A DNA stretch of 64,000 nucleotides, taken from Candidatus Freyarchaeum deiterrae (lineage in GTDB: Archaea > Asgardarchaeota > Jordiarchaeia > Jordiarchaeales > Jordiarchaeaceae). The stretch lies in the NCBI GenBank assembly GCA_037305845.1, contig CP147778.1:1536001-1600000 (forward strand), written 5' to 3'. Under the pieces are notes generated by a model. That model searched no databases. It was not told the origin of the DNA and was given only the letters and a program-made list of their open reading frames with translations. This document shows positions 9,777 to 19,449 of this stretch, piece by piece. Position 1 is the first letter of the stretch. Each line of letters opens with the position of its first letter. A program made the translations under genes and the position numbers.

Positions 9777-10256
9777 TTATTCAAAAGTCCAATATGTATC
9801 TCCCACGTAATGTAGATTCTTTACTGCGGGCCCTTTGCTGGAACTTTTTATGGTTCCTGCGTCCATGAGTGCGAGTCCCACAGATAGAGGTTTACCGTGT
9901 TTTTCGTCCGTAACCTCAACTAAGGAGAATTGCTTCACATTGTCGTCGACTCTAACAATTCCAGGAATCATGATGTCCGCTCCCTTAGTAACAAAACCCA
10001 CTGCCCCCATATCCACTGTAACTCTTGGCAGTTGTACAGCTCCATTTAAAATAGCTTTCAGACTCGGGATAAGCAAATCCACCATACGTATAAAATAAGG
10101 AACGCCGTTCACAAGATACAATTGAACATCGTCATTCATTATCCCGAACTCGACCTTATCCTTAATAGAAAAGGTCTCCCCTAAAGCTCCTTTGAGTTCT
10201 CCTTCCAATTTCTTAATGTCCCTATCACGCAGAAAATGACGATTCTTCAACTTCAC
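9777..10256 (-). CDS. PUA-domain RNA-binding protein (MCT-1/Tma20-like, DUF1947+PUA)
   Basis: VTVDMGAVGFVTKGADIMIPGI, GPAVKNLHYVGD; GTG start inferred. Confidence 0.9.
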   Translation of the reverse strand: MKLKNRHFLRDRDIKKLEGELKGALGETFSIKDKVEFGIMNDDVQLYLVNGVPYFIRMVDLLIPSLKAILNGAVQLPRVTVDMGAVGFVTKGADIMIPGIVRVDDNVKQFSLVEVTDEKHGKPLSVGLALMDAGTIKSSSKGPAVKNLHYVGDTYWTFE

Positions 10257-10599
10257 GCAAACCGCCTCAACACAACCTCTAAAACCAAGCCATTTCTCCA
10301 CCTTTTTACCGCATTTAAGTTATTTAAAAAAATCTGAAAATGATACCTACCTTAAAAAGAACAATTCGTAATATTTCAAAATTACGGAAAAAGAAATAAG
10401 CCCAAAAAACCTATTACGGAAAACACCGTCTTGAATAAGACGCATTTATAAAGAGACAACTCAAAAAAAATATAATATCCAAATAAGTACAGTAAAATAA
10501 AGTATATTGGAAGACAGAAATCCGATATACTTAAATACTCACTAAATTCCACAAAAGGATGCAATAGTATATTTTTTTGAAAAAGGAGAGAAAAAAGCA

Positions 10600-10845
10600 A
10601 TGAGCGAACCAAGCGTAACAAGACCTCTTGACCTGCTCAACAGATCATTAGAAGCGAAAGTACTCGTTAAACTAAAAGGAGGACGAGAACTAAGAGGCAA
10701 ACTCAAAGGATTCGACCTCCATATGAATCTCATACTAGATGAAGCAGAAGAGATATTAGACAAAGACACAAACAGACCCGTAGGAACCGTAATAGTAAGA
10801 GGAGACAACGTGATCCTACTCAGCCCCGCAATAAAAACAGGATAA
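10600..10845 (+). CDS. Sm-like (Lsm) protein
   Basis: RPLDLL, LKGGRELRGKLKGFDLHMNLIL, IVRGDNV; upstream of L37e as usual in archaea. Confidence 0.95.
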   Translation: MSEPSVTRPLDLLNRSLEAKVLVKLKGGRELRGKLKGFDLHMNLILDEAEEILDKDTNRPVGTVIVRGDNVILLSPAIKTG

Positions 10846-10884
10846 AAGAGCTAAAAAACAACCAAAAAGGGGGAAACAGAAAAA

Positions 10885-11073
10885 ATGACCAAAGGAACGC
10901 CAAGCAGGGGCAAAAAAAACAAAAAAACACACATAAGATGCCGTAGATGCGGAAAACACTCCTACAATGTCACGGAAAAATACTGCGCAGCCTGCGGATA
11001 CGGAAGATCAAAAAGAATGCGACGATACAGCTGGCAAACCAAGAAAAATGGCGGAAAAAACAGAGCATACTAA
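10885..11073 (+). CDS. rpl37e: 50S ribosomal protein L37e
   Basis: [27 protein letters not shown]. Confidence 0.97.
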   Translation: MTKGTPSRGKKNKKTHIRCRRCGKHSYNVTEKYCAACGYGRSKRMRRYSWQTKKNGGKNRAY

Positions 11074-11140
11074 AAACCAATCACCCGCGAATAGTGAATA
11101 CACTGACGGAAAATATAGAATAAAGTATAAAAAATATTGG

Positions 11141-11326
11141 GGGCCCCTAGCTCAGCCTGGTATGAGCGCCGCGTTACCCATACCTTATCACTAGAGGAAT
11201 GGGAGCGAAGGCAACTTGATACCAAAATCGCGGAGGCCGCGGGAAACCCCTAACAATAAGTAAGGGTTCGCGAATTCGAATCCGCTGAGAATCCTCTCAA
11301 CGGCGGAGCTCCCGCGGGGTCCACCA
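11141..11326 (+). tRNA. tRNA-Ala(GGC) with four BHB introns (33/34: 11176-11209; 37/38: 11214-11227; 53/54: 11244-11274; 59/60: 11281-11309)
   Basis: Spliced 78-nt cloverleaf: GGGCCCC TA GCTC AGCCTGGTAT GAGC G CCGCG TTGGCAT CGCGG AGGCC GCGGG TTCGAAT CCCGC GGGGTCC A CCA; G3:U70 Ala identity agrees with the reconstructed GGC anticodon. Confidence 0.92.
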
Positions 11327-11485
11327 ATTAACCTTACAAAACTAGTGTTTCCGCAAAATTAAAGCTCTAAAGAAAATTTTAGAGTCCGGCTTCGACCGCT
11401 GTTATTCTGGTTTCTTTTGCCCCTAAAAGTTAGCAATGCGAAAAATTTAATTATTTTAAAACAACTCCAATTTTAACACTACAAA

Positions 11486-11561
11486 GGGCGAGTAGTCTAG
11501 CGGTTATGACGTCGCCTTGACGTGGCGAAGGTCGCAGGTTCGAATCCTGCTTCGCCCACCA
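11486..11561 (+). tRNA. tRNA-Val(GAC), intronless
   Basis: GGGCGAG acceptor, TCGCC TTGACGT GGCGA anticodon arm, GGTTCGAATCC, encoded CCA. Confidence 0.97.
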
Positions 11562-11647
11562 ATCCAATTAGTTGTAAAAACAAAAGATTTAATAGGTTGA
11601 ATAAAAAACTTAATTTCTGCCGTCGTCCGAAATCTCCCAGAATAGGT

Positions 11648-11842
11648 GCCGTCGTAACTATTCACCAAGAAGAATAGCGACAAGCTTAGCCCGGGAGAGC
11701 GCCGGATACTGCCATAAGCATTGCAGAAGGCGAAACTGAAGATCCGGCTGTCGCTGGATCCTGCCAGAACCATTGACAGGAGGCGAATTCAAAGGGAATA
11801 GTGTTTGAAACACTATTCCTGAAACTCCGGCCGACGGCACCA
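11648..11842 (+). tRNA. tRNA-Phe(GAA) with four BHB introns (9/10: 11657-11683; 30/31: 11706-11734; 53/54: 11758-11787; 59/60: 11794-11825)
   Basis: Spliced 77-nt cloverleaf: GCCGTCG TA GCTT AGCCCGGGA GAGC G CCGGA CTGAAGA TCCGG CTGTC GCTGG TTCAAAT CCGGC CGACGGC A CCA; helices GTCG/CGAC, CGCC/GGCG, CGCT/GGCG, TTCA/TGAA. Confidence 0.93.
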
Positions 11843-12046
11843 AAATGTTTATTTATTAGTATAAATATTTATTTTAAATATATTAACGAGGGTGGAGGTT
11901 AGGTAATTATCTATTTCTGGGAAATTTGCATACCTTACTTATTTTCTGCCAAAAAGGGTCGAGGAAATTATATTTTTGAATTTTAAATGATTGGTGCTTT
12001 CTTGGATTGTTGTACTTTTTTGTGATGTGTTTTTTAAAAGTAGGCT

Positions 12047-12153
12047 TGGTGCGGCTGCCGGGATTTTCAGAAAAGTGATTTTTCACTTTTTATTTGAACC
12101 CGGGTAACAAGCTTGGAGGGCTTGTGTCCTAGACCAGTCTGGACTACAGCCGC
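12047..12153 (-). tRNA. tRNA-Gly(UCC) with one BHB intron at 59/60 (12064-12092)
   Basis: GCGGCTG/CAGCCGC A CCA; CAAGC CCTCCAA GCTTG anticodon arm; TTCA/TGAA helix with hairpin intron; 78 nt spliced. Confidence 0.92.
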
Positions 12154-12247
12154 ATTTTTTGATATTCTTGCGTTTTTCACTAGCACTTGAGTTTTTCTGG
12201 ATATCTGGTTTGGCCCGTTGTTTGGGGGTGTTTGGGTTTTTTTGTGT

Positions 12248-12604
12248 TTATGTTATGTTTAGGTATATGGTTCGCATTGGTGTTAGTAGTTTTTGTTCTT
12301 TTGGTGTTTCTATTTTCATTTGTAGTCCGCCGAATGAGGCTAGATATACGTATTTGTTTTCGGATTTTGTTTTTCGGTGTACTTTTCCTTCTAGGGCGAT
12401 TTTGGTGTTTTTTGTTTCTAGGGGTTGGTCGCTGATTTGGATGGTAACTTTATTTTTTTCTTCTAGTGGAATTAGTTCTTTTGGGAGTTCTATTGTGATT
12501 TTTAGTTGTTCTTCTTCGGATGTTAGGTGGTATTCTTGTACTTTGGTTGATTCTTCTATTGGTTCTATTTTTGTGAGTGTTAATTCGGTTTTGAGGTCTG
12601 CCAT
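12248..12604 (-). CDS. rpoG: DNA-directed RNA polymerase subunit G (Rpo8/Rpb8 homolog)
   Basis: 118 aa from MADLKTEL; C-terminal YLASFGGLQMKI matches the Rpb8 SFGGL motif; the upstream part of the tracked ORF is a frame overlap. Confidence 0.8.
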   Translation of the reverse strand: MADLKTELTLTKIEPIEESTKVQEYHLTSEEEQLKITIELPKELIPLEEKNKVTIQISDQPLETKNTKIALEGKVHRKTKSENKYVYLASFGGLQMKIETPKEQKLLTPMRTIYLNIT

Positions 12605-12699
12605 TTGTTGTATCGCCTCTTGGGCTTGCTTCTTTCTGAGATATACTAATTGGATTAAGTTTTTCCCTTTTGGGGTGTTATTTTTGATTGTCTGGGTGG

Positions 12700-13041
12700 C
12701 TATGTTGGTACAAAGGCTACGCCGAGTGCTAGGAGTATGCCGCCCAGTACTATGGCTACGGTCCACCAGTGGAAGTAGTGCTTCCAAGCCTGGGGGGTGT
12801 CTTTGATGAGTTTGCCTGTGGCCCAGGATACTCCCCAGAAGTAAATCGCCATTATCATCATTGCTGAGGTTTGATAGTCTATGGTTACGTCTGAGAGTAG
12901 TATCACTGCTGCGAAGACCACTATTAAGGTGACTAAAGATCCCCAGCCTGTCCATTCCAGTATTGTTTCGAAGCGTCTTTGCTGGAAGTTTTCTTCGTAG
13001 TCATATTTTTTGTCTTTGGTTTCTAATTCTTTTTTGGGCAT
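12700..13041 (-). CDS. Small membrane protein (3 predicted TM segments)
   Basis: Hydrophobic segments; ATG at 13041 after GAGG. Confidence 0.65.
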   Translation of the reverse strand: MPKKELETKDKKYDYEENFQQRRFETILEWTGWGSLVTLIVVFAAVILLSDVTIDYQTSAMMIMAIYFWGVSWATGKLIKDTPQAWKHYFHWWTVAIVLGGILLALGVAFVPT

Positions 13042-13164
13042 TGCTATCCCTCGATATTGAATGGGGAGTGGTATTAAAATTTTTCTTCTCATTGAGCTTT
13101 TATTATTTTAATTTTGTTGTTAGTTTTCTGTGTTTTTGTTCTAATAATAGTGTTGTGATTTGTG

Positions 13165-14391
13165 TTAGGGGGTTGTAATTATTTTTATGCGGGTACCGAT
13201 TATTGCGTCTATTTTTTGTTCTAGTTTTTGGATATAGGTGTCTATTCTGTTTATGCTTTTTTGGTAGTCTGTTTCAACTCTATAGATTGCAGTATTTATG
13301 TCTTCTTTTTTTTGGTCTAGTTCTTCTACTGCGGTTTCGAGGTGTTTTTGTTTTTGTGTTAGTCCTTTCTCGTGTATTTGGATTTTAAGCGAGTCTCTTT
13401 CTGAGAGTAGTTTCAAGTATTTATTTTTTAGGGGGGTTAGTGCATCATTCTCGCAGATTTTGCTGATTTGGTCCTTTGCTTTTTTATTCCTGCTGCCTTT
13501 GAGTCCGAGAGTCTCCTCTGCTAAAGCATCATTTAACTGTGTTAGTAGAGACTTGATTTGGGAGCAATTATCGTCCTCTGATAGGAATGCAGCTAGGGGG
13601 GTGCCTAGATAGTTTCTTAATACTCTTAGGTTCTCGGCACTGAGGTGAACCGTGTCGTCGCTAACTAGCCTGTCTAGTTTTCGGAAGGGCTTCTCAAAAA
13701 AGCGTAGCTCTCGCAGTATGTTGTCTTCGACTGATTTTAATTCTTTTTCCACATCTGTGATGTCTCTTACCAAAGTTTTCTCTTTGAGTTCCTTCAGTTC
13801 ACCATGCTTTTCTTTCTTAGCTTCCTCAAATTTGTTTAGACTTTTTGACAACTCTTTTTTCTGTTTAATGAGATTATTTGCAATTTTTTGTTCCTTTCCG
13901 ATTTCTTCCACCGCATCAGAAATTGATTCGTAATCTTTAATTTTTGGATATCTGTTAATTAGTATTTCTTGCAGGTCTTGGTACTCTTTTCCTAACTTTC
14001 TCAGGTAAAGGTCTATTTCCGCGATTTCTGTCTTATACCAAGGTTTCATTTTTGGAACCCATCTTTGTCCATATTCGCCGATTAACTTTAGGGTTCTTTC
14101 TAAATCGTTTTTTAAAGTTTCTAAATTATTATATGTTATTTCGTGCGGGACTGAAAATTTTTCAACAGCGGGGGCAGTTTTCTCTACGAAACGGGCGGCG
14201 GATTTTGTGGCGAGTTCACTTGCTCCTCTCTCTTCTTTGTTTTCCAAGTCTTGGAGGGCGTCCTTCAGATCACTTATGAGCTGGCTAACTCTGTCGCAAG
14301 ATTTCTGTCCATCTCGCCTAAATGATTCCAATTTTTTCCCAAAATTAATCTCTAACCACTCAGATAAATCCTCTAATTGCACATCTTCCAT
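13165..14391 (-). CDS. Coiled-coil hypothetical protein
   Basis: 408-aa ORF rich in E/K/L heptads; GGAGGAG ribosome-binding site. Confidence 0.75.
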   Translation of the reverse strand: MEDVQLEDLSEWLEINFGKKLESFRRDGQKSCDRVSQLISDLKDALQDLENKEERGASELATKSAARFVEKTAPAVEKFSVPHEITYNNLETLKNDLERTLKLIGEYGQRWVPKMKPWYKTEIAEIDLYLRKLGKEYQDLQEILINRYPKIKDYESISDAVEEIGKEQKIANNLIKQKKELSKSLNKFEEAKKEKHGELKELKEKTLVRDITDVEKELKSVEDNILRELRFFEKPFRKLDRLVSDDTVHLSAENLRVLRNYLGTPLAAFLSEDDNCSQIKSLLTQLNDALAEETLGLKGSRNKKAKDQISKICENDALTPLKNKYLKLLSERDSLKIQIHEKGLTQKQKHLETAVEELDQKKEDINTAIYRVETDYQKSINRIDTYIQKLEQKIDAIIGTRIKIITTP

Positions 14392-14638
14392 TGGAAAACT
14401 CCTCCGGTCGCCCGTATATCACGTAGTTATTCGGATTAATGACAGTAATGATAAGATGTATCTACCTTATTAAGGAAATCATTTTGGCATTGATATTTGT
14501 TTCATAAATTTAACATCGGTTATCATTAACTAGATTAATAAGTATTTTTATTTTTTATTTAGCTTTGTTAAACCAAAACTTTAAAAAAATAATTAAACGC
14601 CAAAAAAATAGGTAGTCCTACTCATCTGAGAATTATGT

Positions 14639-15430
14639 TCAAACTTTGAATCTTTTGAAGGTTTTGTGTGGTTTTAATTCTTCGGACCAGATAGTATGAG
14701 CGGTGTCAACATTGTCATAGTGGAGTATGTAGTTGAGGTATTTTAGGTGATTTTTTATGCAAAGCATTACAATGTTATAAGGAATTTTATCGATGCCTTT
14801 TGATGCAAACAACGTTTTTAGAACGTCTAGAGGGGGTTTCCAGTAATGCTCTAAGCAAATGACCCTAACTTCATAATTAGGGAGGAGCATACTCTTGAGA
14901 TTTTTTACAAAAGCAAAGCCAGCACAAATGACGACTGGATTTTTATGATTCATAGCTTTTTCTAGAATATTTTCAGCTATCTTTTCCTCCAATTTTTTAC
15001 CAGTCTCTAATTCTTCACGGAGTATGATGCGCCATTCATCTGCATCTAACTTTCCCGTGGCGCGGGATTTAAATTCTAGCAAAAGCTGCCGTTCAGTAAG
15101 GCCTTTTAATCGTATATGTTGTTGAAGGTTTTCAAAGCAATAAATTTCGAAATCATGTTCAAGTTTGATTGAGGGTAATTTATTGATAAGAGGCCCTAGC
15201 TTATATCTTAAAGCGTTCGCAAAAGGTGTTGATAATCCGGTAAGAGTTGTGTAGTCATTCCAAAATTCGTCTTCGCTTATATCCCCCACGCTGTAAAGAT
15301 TCAAACTTTCTCCAAGTTCCTCTGGTAAACTAAAAAAAATGGAATCGAAGCCCAGATTCTCTAGCAAAAGACTAGCATGCTCGCTTGATGATCTGAATCT
15401 GGAGGCCACTATCAGAATGATTCGCAGCAT
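14639..15430 (-). CDS. Hypothetical protein
   Basis: 263-aa ORF with GAAGGT-like RBS; family not recognised. Confidence 0.65.
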   Translation of the reverse strand: MLRIILIVASRFRSSSEHASLLLENLGFDSIFFSLPEELGESLNLYSVGDISEDEFWNDYTTLTGLSTPFANALRYKLGPLINKLPSIKLEHDFEIYCFENLQQHIRLKGLTERQLLLEFKSRATGKLDADEWRIILREELETGKKLEEKIAENILEKAMNHKNPVVICAGFAFVKNLKSMLLPNYEVRVICLEHYWKPPLDVLKTLFASKGIDKIPYNIVMLCIKNHLKYLNYILHYDNVDTAHTIWSEELKPHKTFKRFKV

Positions 15431-15556
15431 AGTTCATACCTTCAACGTTTTGTCGAAGGGTTAGGGGAGAGAAGAGCGTTTTTAGGGCGAAAATTAATTT
15501 TTATTAATAAGTTCGATTTATCAGACTTACAATTTTTAGTCGAAAAAATAATAGTT

Positions 15557-16393
15557 TTAAAGGCCTAGTAATCTCTCCACTTCCTCTAATACTTTAGGAA
15601 GTATCTCTCCCGCTTTTCCTTCAATTAGATAATCAGAAACAATACCAGTAAGGGGTGTTGGTTCAGCATTAATTTCAATTACTTTGGCGCCCTTTTTATA
15701 ATCCAATGCTCTCTGCAATTCATGAAACCCGAAGTAACTTGCACGGTATCCACCGCGTTCCTTAGCAATTCTCGGTAATTCGGCAGCGGGGTAGACTACA
15801 GCAGATGTGCCGACGACTATCATTAGGTCACAGTTTCTAGCCTCTTCCAGCGACCTGTCCAGAGCGTATCTGGGGATTGGTTCTTCAAATAAAACTGCAT
15901 CAGGTTTTAGTACCCCCTTGCAGTGGTCACATCTGGGCGGCAGTTCTCCATTACTCGCCTTTTCGATAGCCAAATCGTGAGGAAAGCGTTCCCCACAGGA
16001 GATGCACACAACCCTACGAAGATTTCCATGAAACTCTATAACATCAGTGTTTCCTGCAACTTGGTGCATCCCATCCACGTTTTGAGTTATAACGCATCTT
16101 AATCTACCCAGTTCTTCTAATCTGGCAAGTGCTAAATGTGCAGGGTTTGGCTTCGGCTCTAAAGATAGAAGTAACTCGCTTAATTCAAGAGACATTTTCC
16201 AGTAATTTGCCGGATCCCTTAGAAATTTTGAATAGGTAAAATCATCAGGATCATATTTTGTCCATATACCGTCTGTACCTCTGAAATCGGGGATGCCGCT
16301 CTCAGTAGAGATCCCAGCTCCAGTCAGAGCAACAATTTTTCCCGCACCCACAATGTCCTTTGCGGCTCTTTTTATTTCTTCTTCGGTATACAA
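15557..16393 (-). CDS. cobB: NAD-dependent protein deacylase (Sir2 family)
   Basis: TGAGISTESGIPDFRG, ITQNVDGMH, EFHG, CxxC...CxxC, VGTSAVVYPAA. Confidence 0.95.
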   Translation of the reverse strand: MYTEEEIKRAAKDIVGAGKIVALTGAGISTESGIPDFRGTDGIWTKYDPDDFTYSKFLRDPANYWKMSLELSELLLSLEPKPNPAHLALARLEELGRLRCVITQNVDGMHQVAGNTDVIEFHGNLRRVVCISCGERFPHDLAIEKASNGELPPRCDHCKGVLKPDAVLFEEPIPRYALDRSLEEARNCDLMIVVGTSAVVYPAAELPRIAKERGGYRASYFGFHELQRALDYKKGAKVIEINAEPTPLTGIVSDYLIEGKAGEILPKVLEEVERLLGL

Positions 16394-16910
16394 TTCTCTC
16401 CGCTCCTTGGATAAAAATTATGAATTACTTAAGTATACTAATTTATTATTTCTTAAAAATGTGCCCAAAAAAAGAATTTCAAACAAAAACCCATCTATTA
16501 AATACGAAATTTAATGAATCTGGTGAGTTTATGGAAATTCAATTTTGTAAAGGAGTATAGAATTGAAAGAATTTTTGATTTAAAAAAGAGATTCACGAAA
16601 GATTTAAATTATTCATCCAATCATCTGTCAAAATATAAAAGCGTACTCATACTCGCGAAAGGAAAGCAAGTTTTTACTCCGCTTACCCTAAAAATTACTA
16701 TACTGATTAAATCAGTGCTGCAATAACCATTTGGTAAGCAGTAGTTTATCGCCTTGAAATAATAGTAAAAATGAAGACTGAAAAATAGCTGTGTGAACTG
16801 CGATAAAGAGTGAAATTTTAATTTTAGTGAAGAGTCCAACAAGTCACTCAATTCAATCTAAAATTAGGGGGACATACCGTCTACCTAATATTAGATAATG
16901 AGGAAATCGT

Positions 16911-18200
16911 ATGCCGACTGAGGAAAATCCGATAGATATTAACGGTTTCAAGATTTGTCTTTCCAGCCATTCATTTTACCCATATGTAGGCGGGGTTTCG
17001 TATTATCTTTATTACCTTTCTCAAGAATTTTTGAGAAGGAAATATGAGGTTTATGAGGTACATCTAGGAAACCACTCGATGCCCTCTGAGGAATTGGTGG
17101 AGGGTGTGAAGGTATATAGAGTGGGGGTGGGTAGTAAAAAGGAGGATTGGAATCGCTACTCTATTTTTAAGGAAAGACTTTATGAACAAATCCACGGATT
17201 GAGAACCGAAGGAGGATGGAGCAGAGAAGGGTGCAAAGAGTTCGTTAAATTTAATAAAGCAGTAGCTTCAAAGATTACGCAGCTTTGTTCTGATAAAAAA
17301 ATAAATATAGTTAACCCTAATGATTGGCAGCTCTATCTGACACCGGATTATTTAGACTTTTCAGTTCCTGTAGTTTATACATGGCACGTTCCATTCACTA
17401 GTAATATGGGAGACGATTTAGGGAGACAGGCAGCGACTCGATTGAAGAAGTGTGATAAAGTAGTTTTTTCAATTCATGAGTATTTGGACCATGCTAAATC
17501 TTTAGGCGTACCAGAAGAAAAACTGGTTTGTATTCATCCATTTGTTGACCCGAGTAGATTTGACCTAGATGAAAAGGAAGGTTACAAATACAAAAAGGAA
17601 AAAGGCATTCCTTTAGAGTCAGAGATAGTACTATGCGTTGCAAGAATAGATCCAGTCAAAAGCCATGAAGAGCTTCTAAAAGCGTTCTCTATAATTAAAA
17701 AAGAACGCCAAAATGCCAAACTTGTTTGTGTGGGAAATGGATCCATTAGCAATGATGTTCTAGGAATTAGAACGCAAAGAAAGGAGAAGATCCTGAAATT
17801 AATGAGAGAATTTGACTTGGAAGGTGACACAATTTTTCTAGGGCATGTTCCTCACGAGGACATTCCTAAGATTTATAAAATGGCAGACGTGGTCGTTCTT
17901 CCCTCAAAGATGGAAGGATTTGGATTGTCACTCACAGAAGCTATGGCTGCGGAGAAACCAGTTGTCGCATACAACGTAGGAGGAGTAGGTGTACAGATTG
18001 AAGACGGTTTCAACGGATTTCTAATAGAGCAAGGAGATTTTGTGGGATTAGCAGAAAAAACTTGTGAAGTACTCTCTGACAAGGAACTTAACAAGGTAAT
18101 GGGCGAGAGAGCGAAACAAGTTGTCAAGGAGAAGTTCAATGTAAGAAAAGCGGCGGAGGAGTATCTGAGATTATATCAAGAGGTTATTAATGCGAGGTAA
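16911..18200 (+). CDS. GT4 glycosyltransferase
   Basis: GGVSYY, VARIDPVKS, PSKMEGFGLSLTEAMA. Confidence 0.9.
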   Translation: MPTEENPIDINGFKICLSSHSFYPYVGGVSYYLYYLSQEFLRRKYEVYEVHLGNHSMPSEELVEGVKVYRVGVGSKKEDWNRYSIFKERLYEQIHGLRTEGGWSREGCKEFVKFNKAVASKITQLCSDKKINIVNPNDWQLYLTPDYLDFSVPVVYTWHVPFTSNMGDDLGRQAATRLKKCDKVVFSIHEYLDHAKSLGVPEEKLVCIHPFVDPSRFDLDEKEGYKYKKEKGIPLESEIVLCVARIDPVKSHEELLKAFSIIKKERQNAKLVCVGNGSISNDVLGIRTQRKEKILKLMREFDLEGDTIFLGHVPHEDIPKIYKMADVVVLPSKMEGFGLSLTEAMAAEKPVVAYNVGGVGVQIEDGFNGFLIEQGDFVGLAEKTCEVLSDKELNKVMGERAKQVVKEKFNVRKAAEEYLRLYQEVINAR

Positions 18201-19449
18201 GATAATGAGGATCTGTCTTCTGAGCTACAGAGGAAACATGTACTGCGGTGGACAAGGCGTTTACCTTTACAACCTCTCAAAAGCGTTAGCTGAATTAGGG
18301 AATGAGGTTCATGTAATAGTGGGGCCCCCTTATCCCTTCAAAATGAAATGGGCTACAGTGCACAAAATCAAAACGCCTAGATTTAATGAACTTAACGGAG
18401 ACAGAATAACCTCAGAAAACTTATCCCCTCTAACATTTTACGAGTATATGGCCGCCAAATTTGGAAACTTTCCTGAGATATTTGGTTTCAGTATCCGAGC
18501 GTTTTTTAAGATCAAAGAATTGATTAAGGATTATCCGTTTGACATTATTCACGACAACCAGTGTATAGGTTACGGCCTTCTCTTAATGAAAGCTCTACAC
18601 ATCCCATTAGTGGCTACAATACATCACCCGCTACCAATTGATAGGCAAATAGCAATGTACCTGTCTGAAGACGCAAAGACGAAGTTAAAACAGATACTAT
18701 TCTATCCACAATTTATGCAGAAGATAGTAGCGAAGAGAATTGACAGAATAATAACGGTCTCAGAGTTTTCTAAAAACGAGATAGTTAAGCACTTCAAAGT
18801 ACCTGGGGATAGAATAAGTGTTGTTCATAACGGGGTGGATACAGAGTTATTCCACGTAAGAGAAAAACCAAATAAAAACTCCGGCAGCGACGATTACAAT
18901 ATAACTTTCGTTGGCAATTGTGAGAACCGTGTCAAGGGCCTACCGCTCCTTCTTAAAACTATGAGGTATCTTAAAGATAATTCGGGAATGAAAATTAAGC
19001 TGACCATAGTCGATAAGTGGAAGGAAGAGGGAATCGCGCCTCCGCTAATAAAAAGATACGGCTTAGGAGAGGATATAGAATTCACGGGATTTCTAACCTT
19101 TGAAGAATTATCGAAACAATACGCAATAACAGATCTAATAATAATTCCCTCGCTTTTCGAAGGATTCTGCTTCCCTTCAGTTGAAGCAATGGCTTGCGGA
19201 ACCCCGGTAGTAGCATTCAAGGTGGGGGCACTCCCACAGGTTATGGAGAACGGAACGACTGGAATACTGGTGGATCCCGGTGATTGGAGAGCTATGGCTA
19301 ATGCTGTAGCAAAAATCCTAAAGAACAAAGAACTTAGAGAAAGCATGGGAAAAAAAGGCAGAGAAAGAGTTGAGAAACTCTTCACTTGGAAAAACTCCGC
19401 GGAACAGGTTATAGAAATTTACAGAGGGATCATAAATGCTCACCGTTAA
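18190..19449 (+). CDS. GT4 glycosyltransferase
   Basis: RICLLSYRG..CGGQGVY, HDNQCIGYG, PSLFEGFCFPSVEAMACG. Confidence 0.9.
   Translation: MRGKIMRICLLSYRGNMYCGGQGVYLYNLSKALAELGNEVHVIVGPPYPFKMKWATVHKIKTPRFNELNGDRITSENLSPLTFYEYMAAKFGNFPEIFGFSIRAFFKIKELIKDYPFDIIHDNQCIGYGLLLMKALHIPLVATIHHPLPIDRQIAMYLSEDAKTKLKQILFYPQFMQKIVAKRIDRIITVSEFSKNEIVKHFKVPGDRISVVHNGVDTELFHVREKPNKNSGSDDYNITFVGNCENRVKGLPLLLKTMRYLKDNSGMKIKLTIVDKWKEEGIAPPLIKRYGLGEDIEFTGFLTFEELSKQYAITDLIIIPSLFEGFCFPSVEAMACGTPVVAFKVGALPQVMENGTTGILVDPGDWRAMANAVAKILKNKELRESMGKKGRERVEKLFTWKNSAEQVIEIYRGIINAHR

Noticed and set aside
11618-11647. Second copy of TGCCGTCGT upstream of tRNA-Phe, suggesting a fifth intron
   Set aside because: No BHB helix can be formed; the downstream copy alone gives a complete tRNA and sits at a plausible distance from the AT-rich promoter region
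8967-12153. Tracked ORFs over tRNA loci (9077-9553, 9650-9868, 11504-11773, 11658-11843) and antisense shadow ORFs generally
   Set aside because: Explained by tRNA genes or by real genes on the opposite strand
12605-12955. N-terminal extension of the 235-aa tracked ORF
   Set aside because: Overlaps the membrane-protein gene in another frame; Rpb8-like sequence starts at the ATG at 12604
15690-15765. ~21-aa insertion in Sir2 as a possible in-frame intron
   Set aside because: Only a lone TGCT/AGCA helix with no supporting outer stems; the frame is intact
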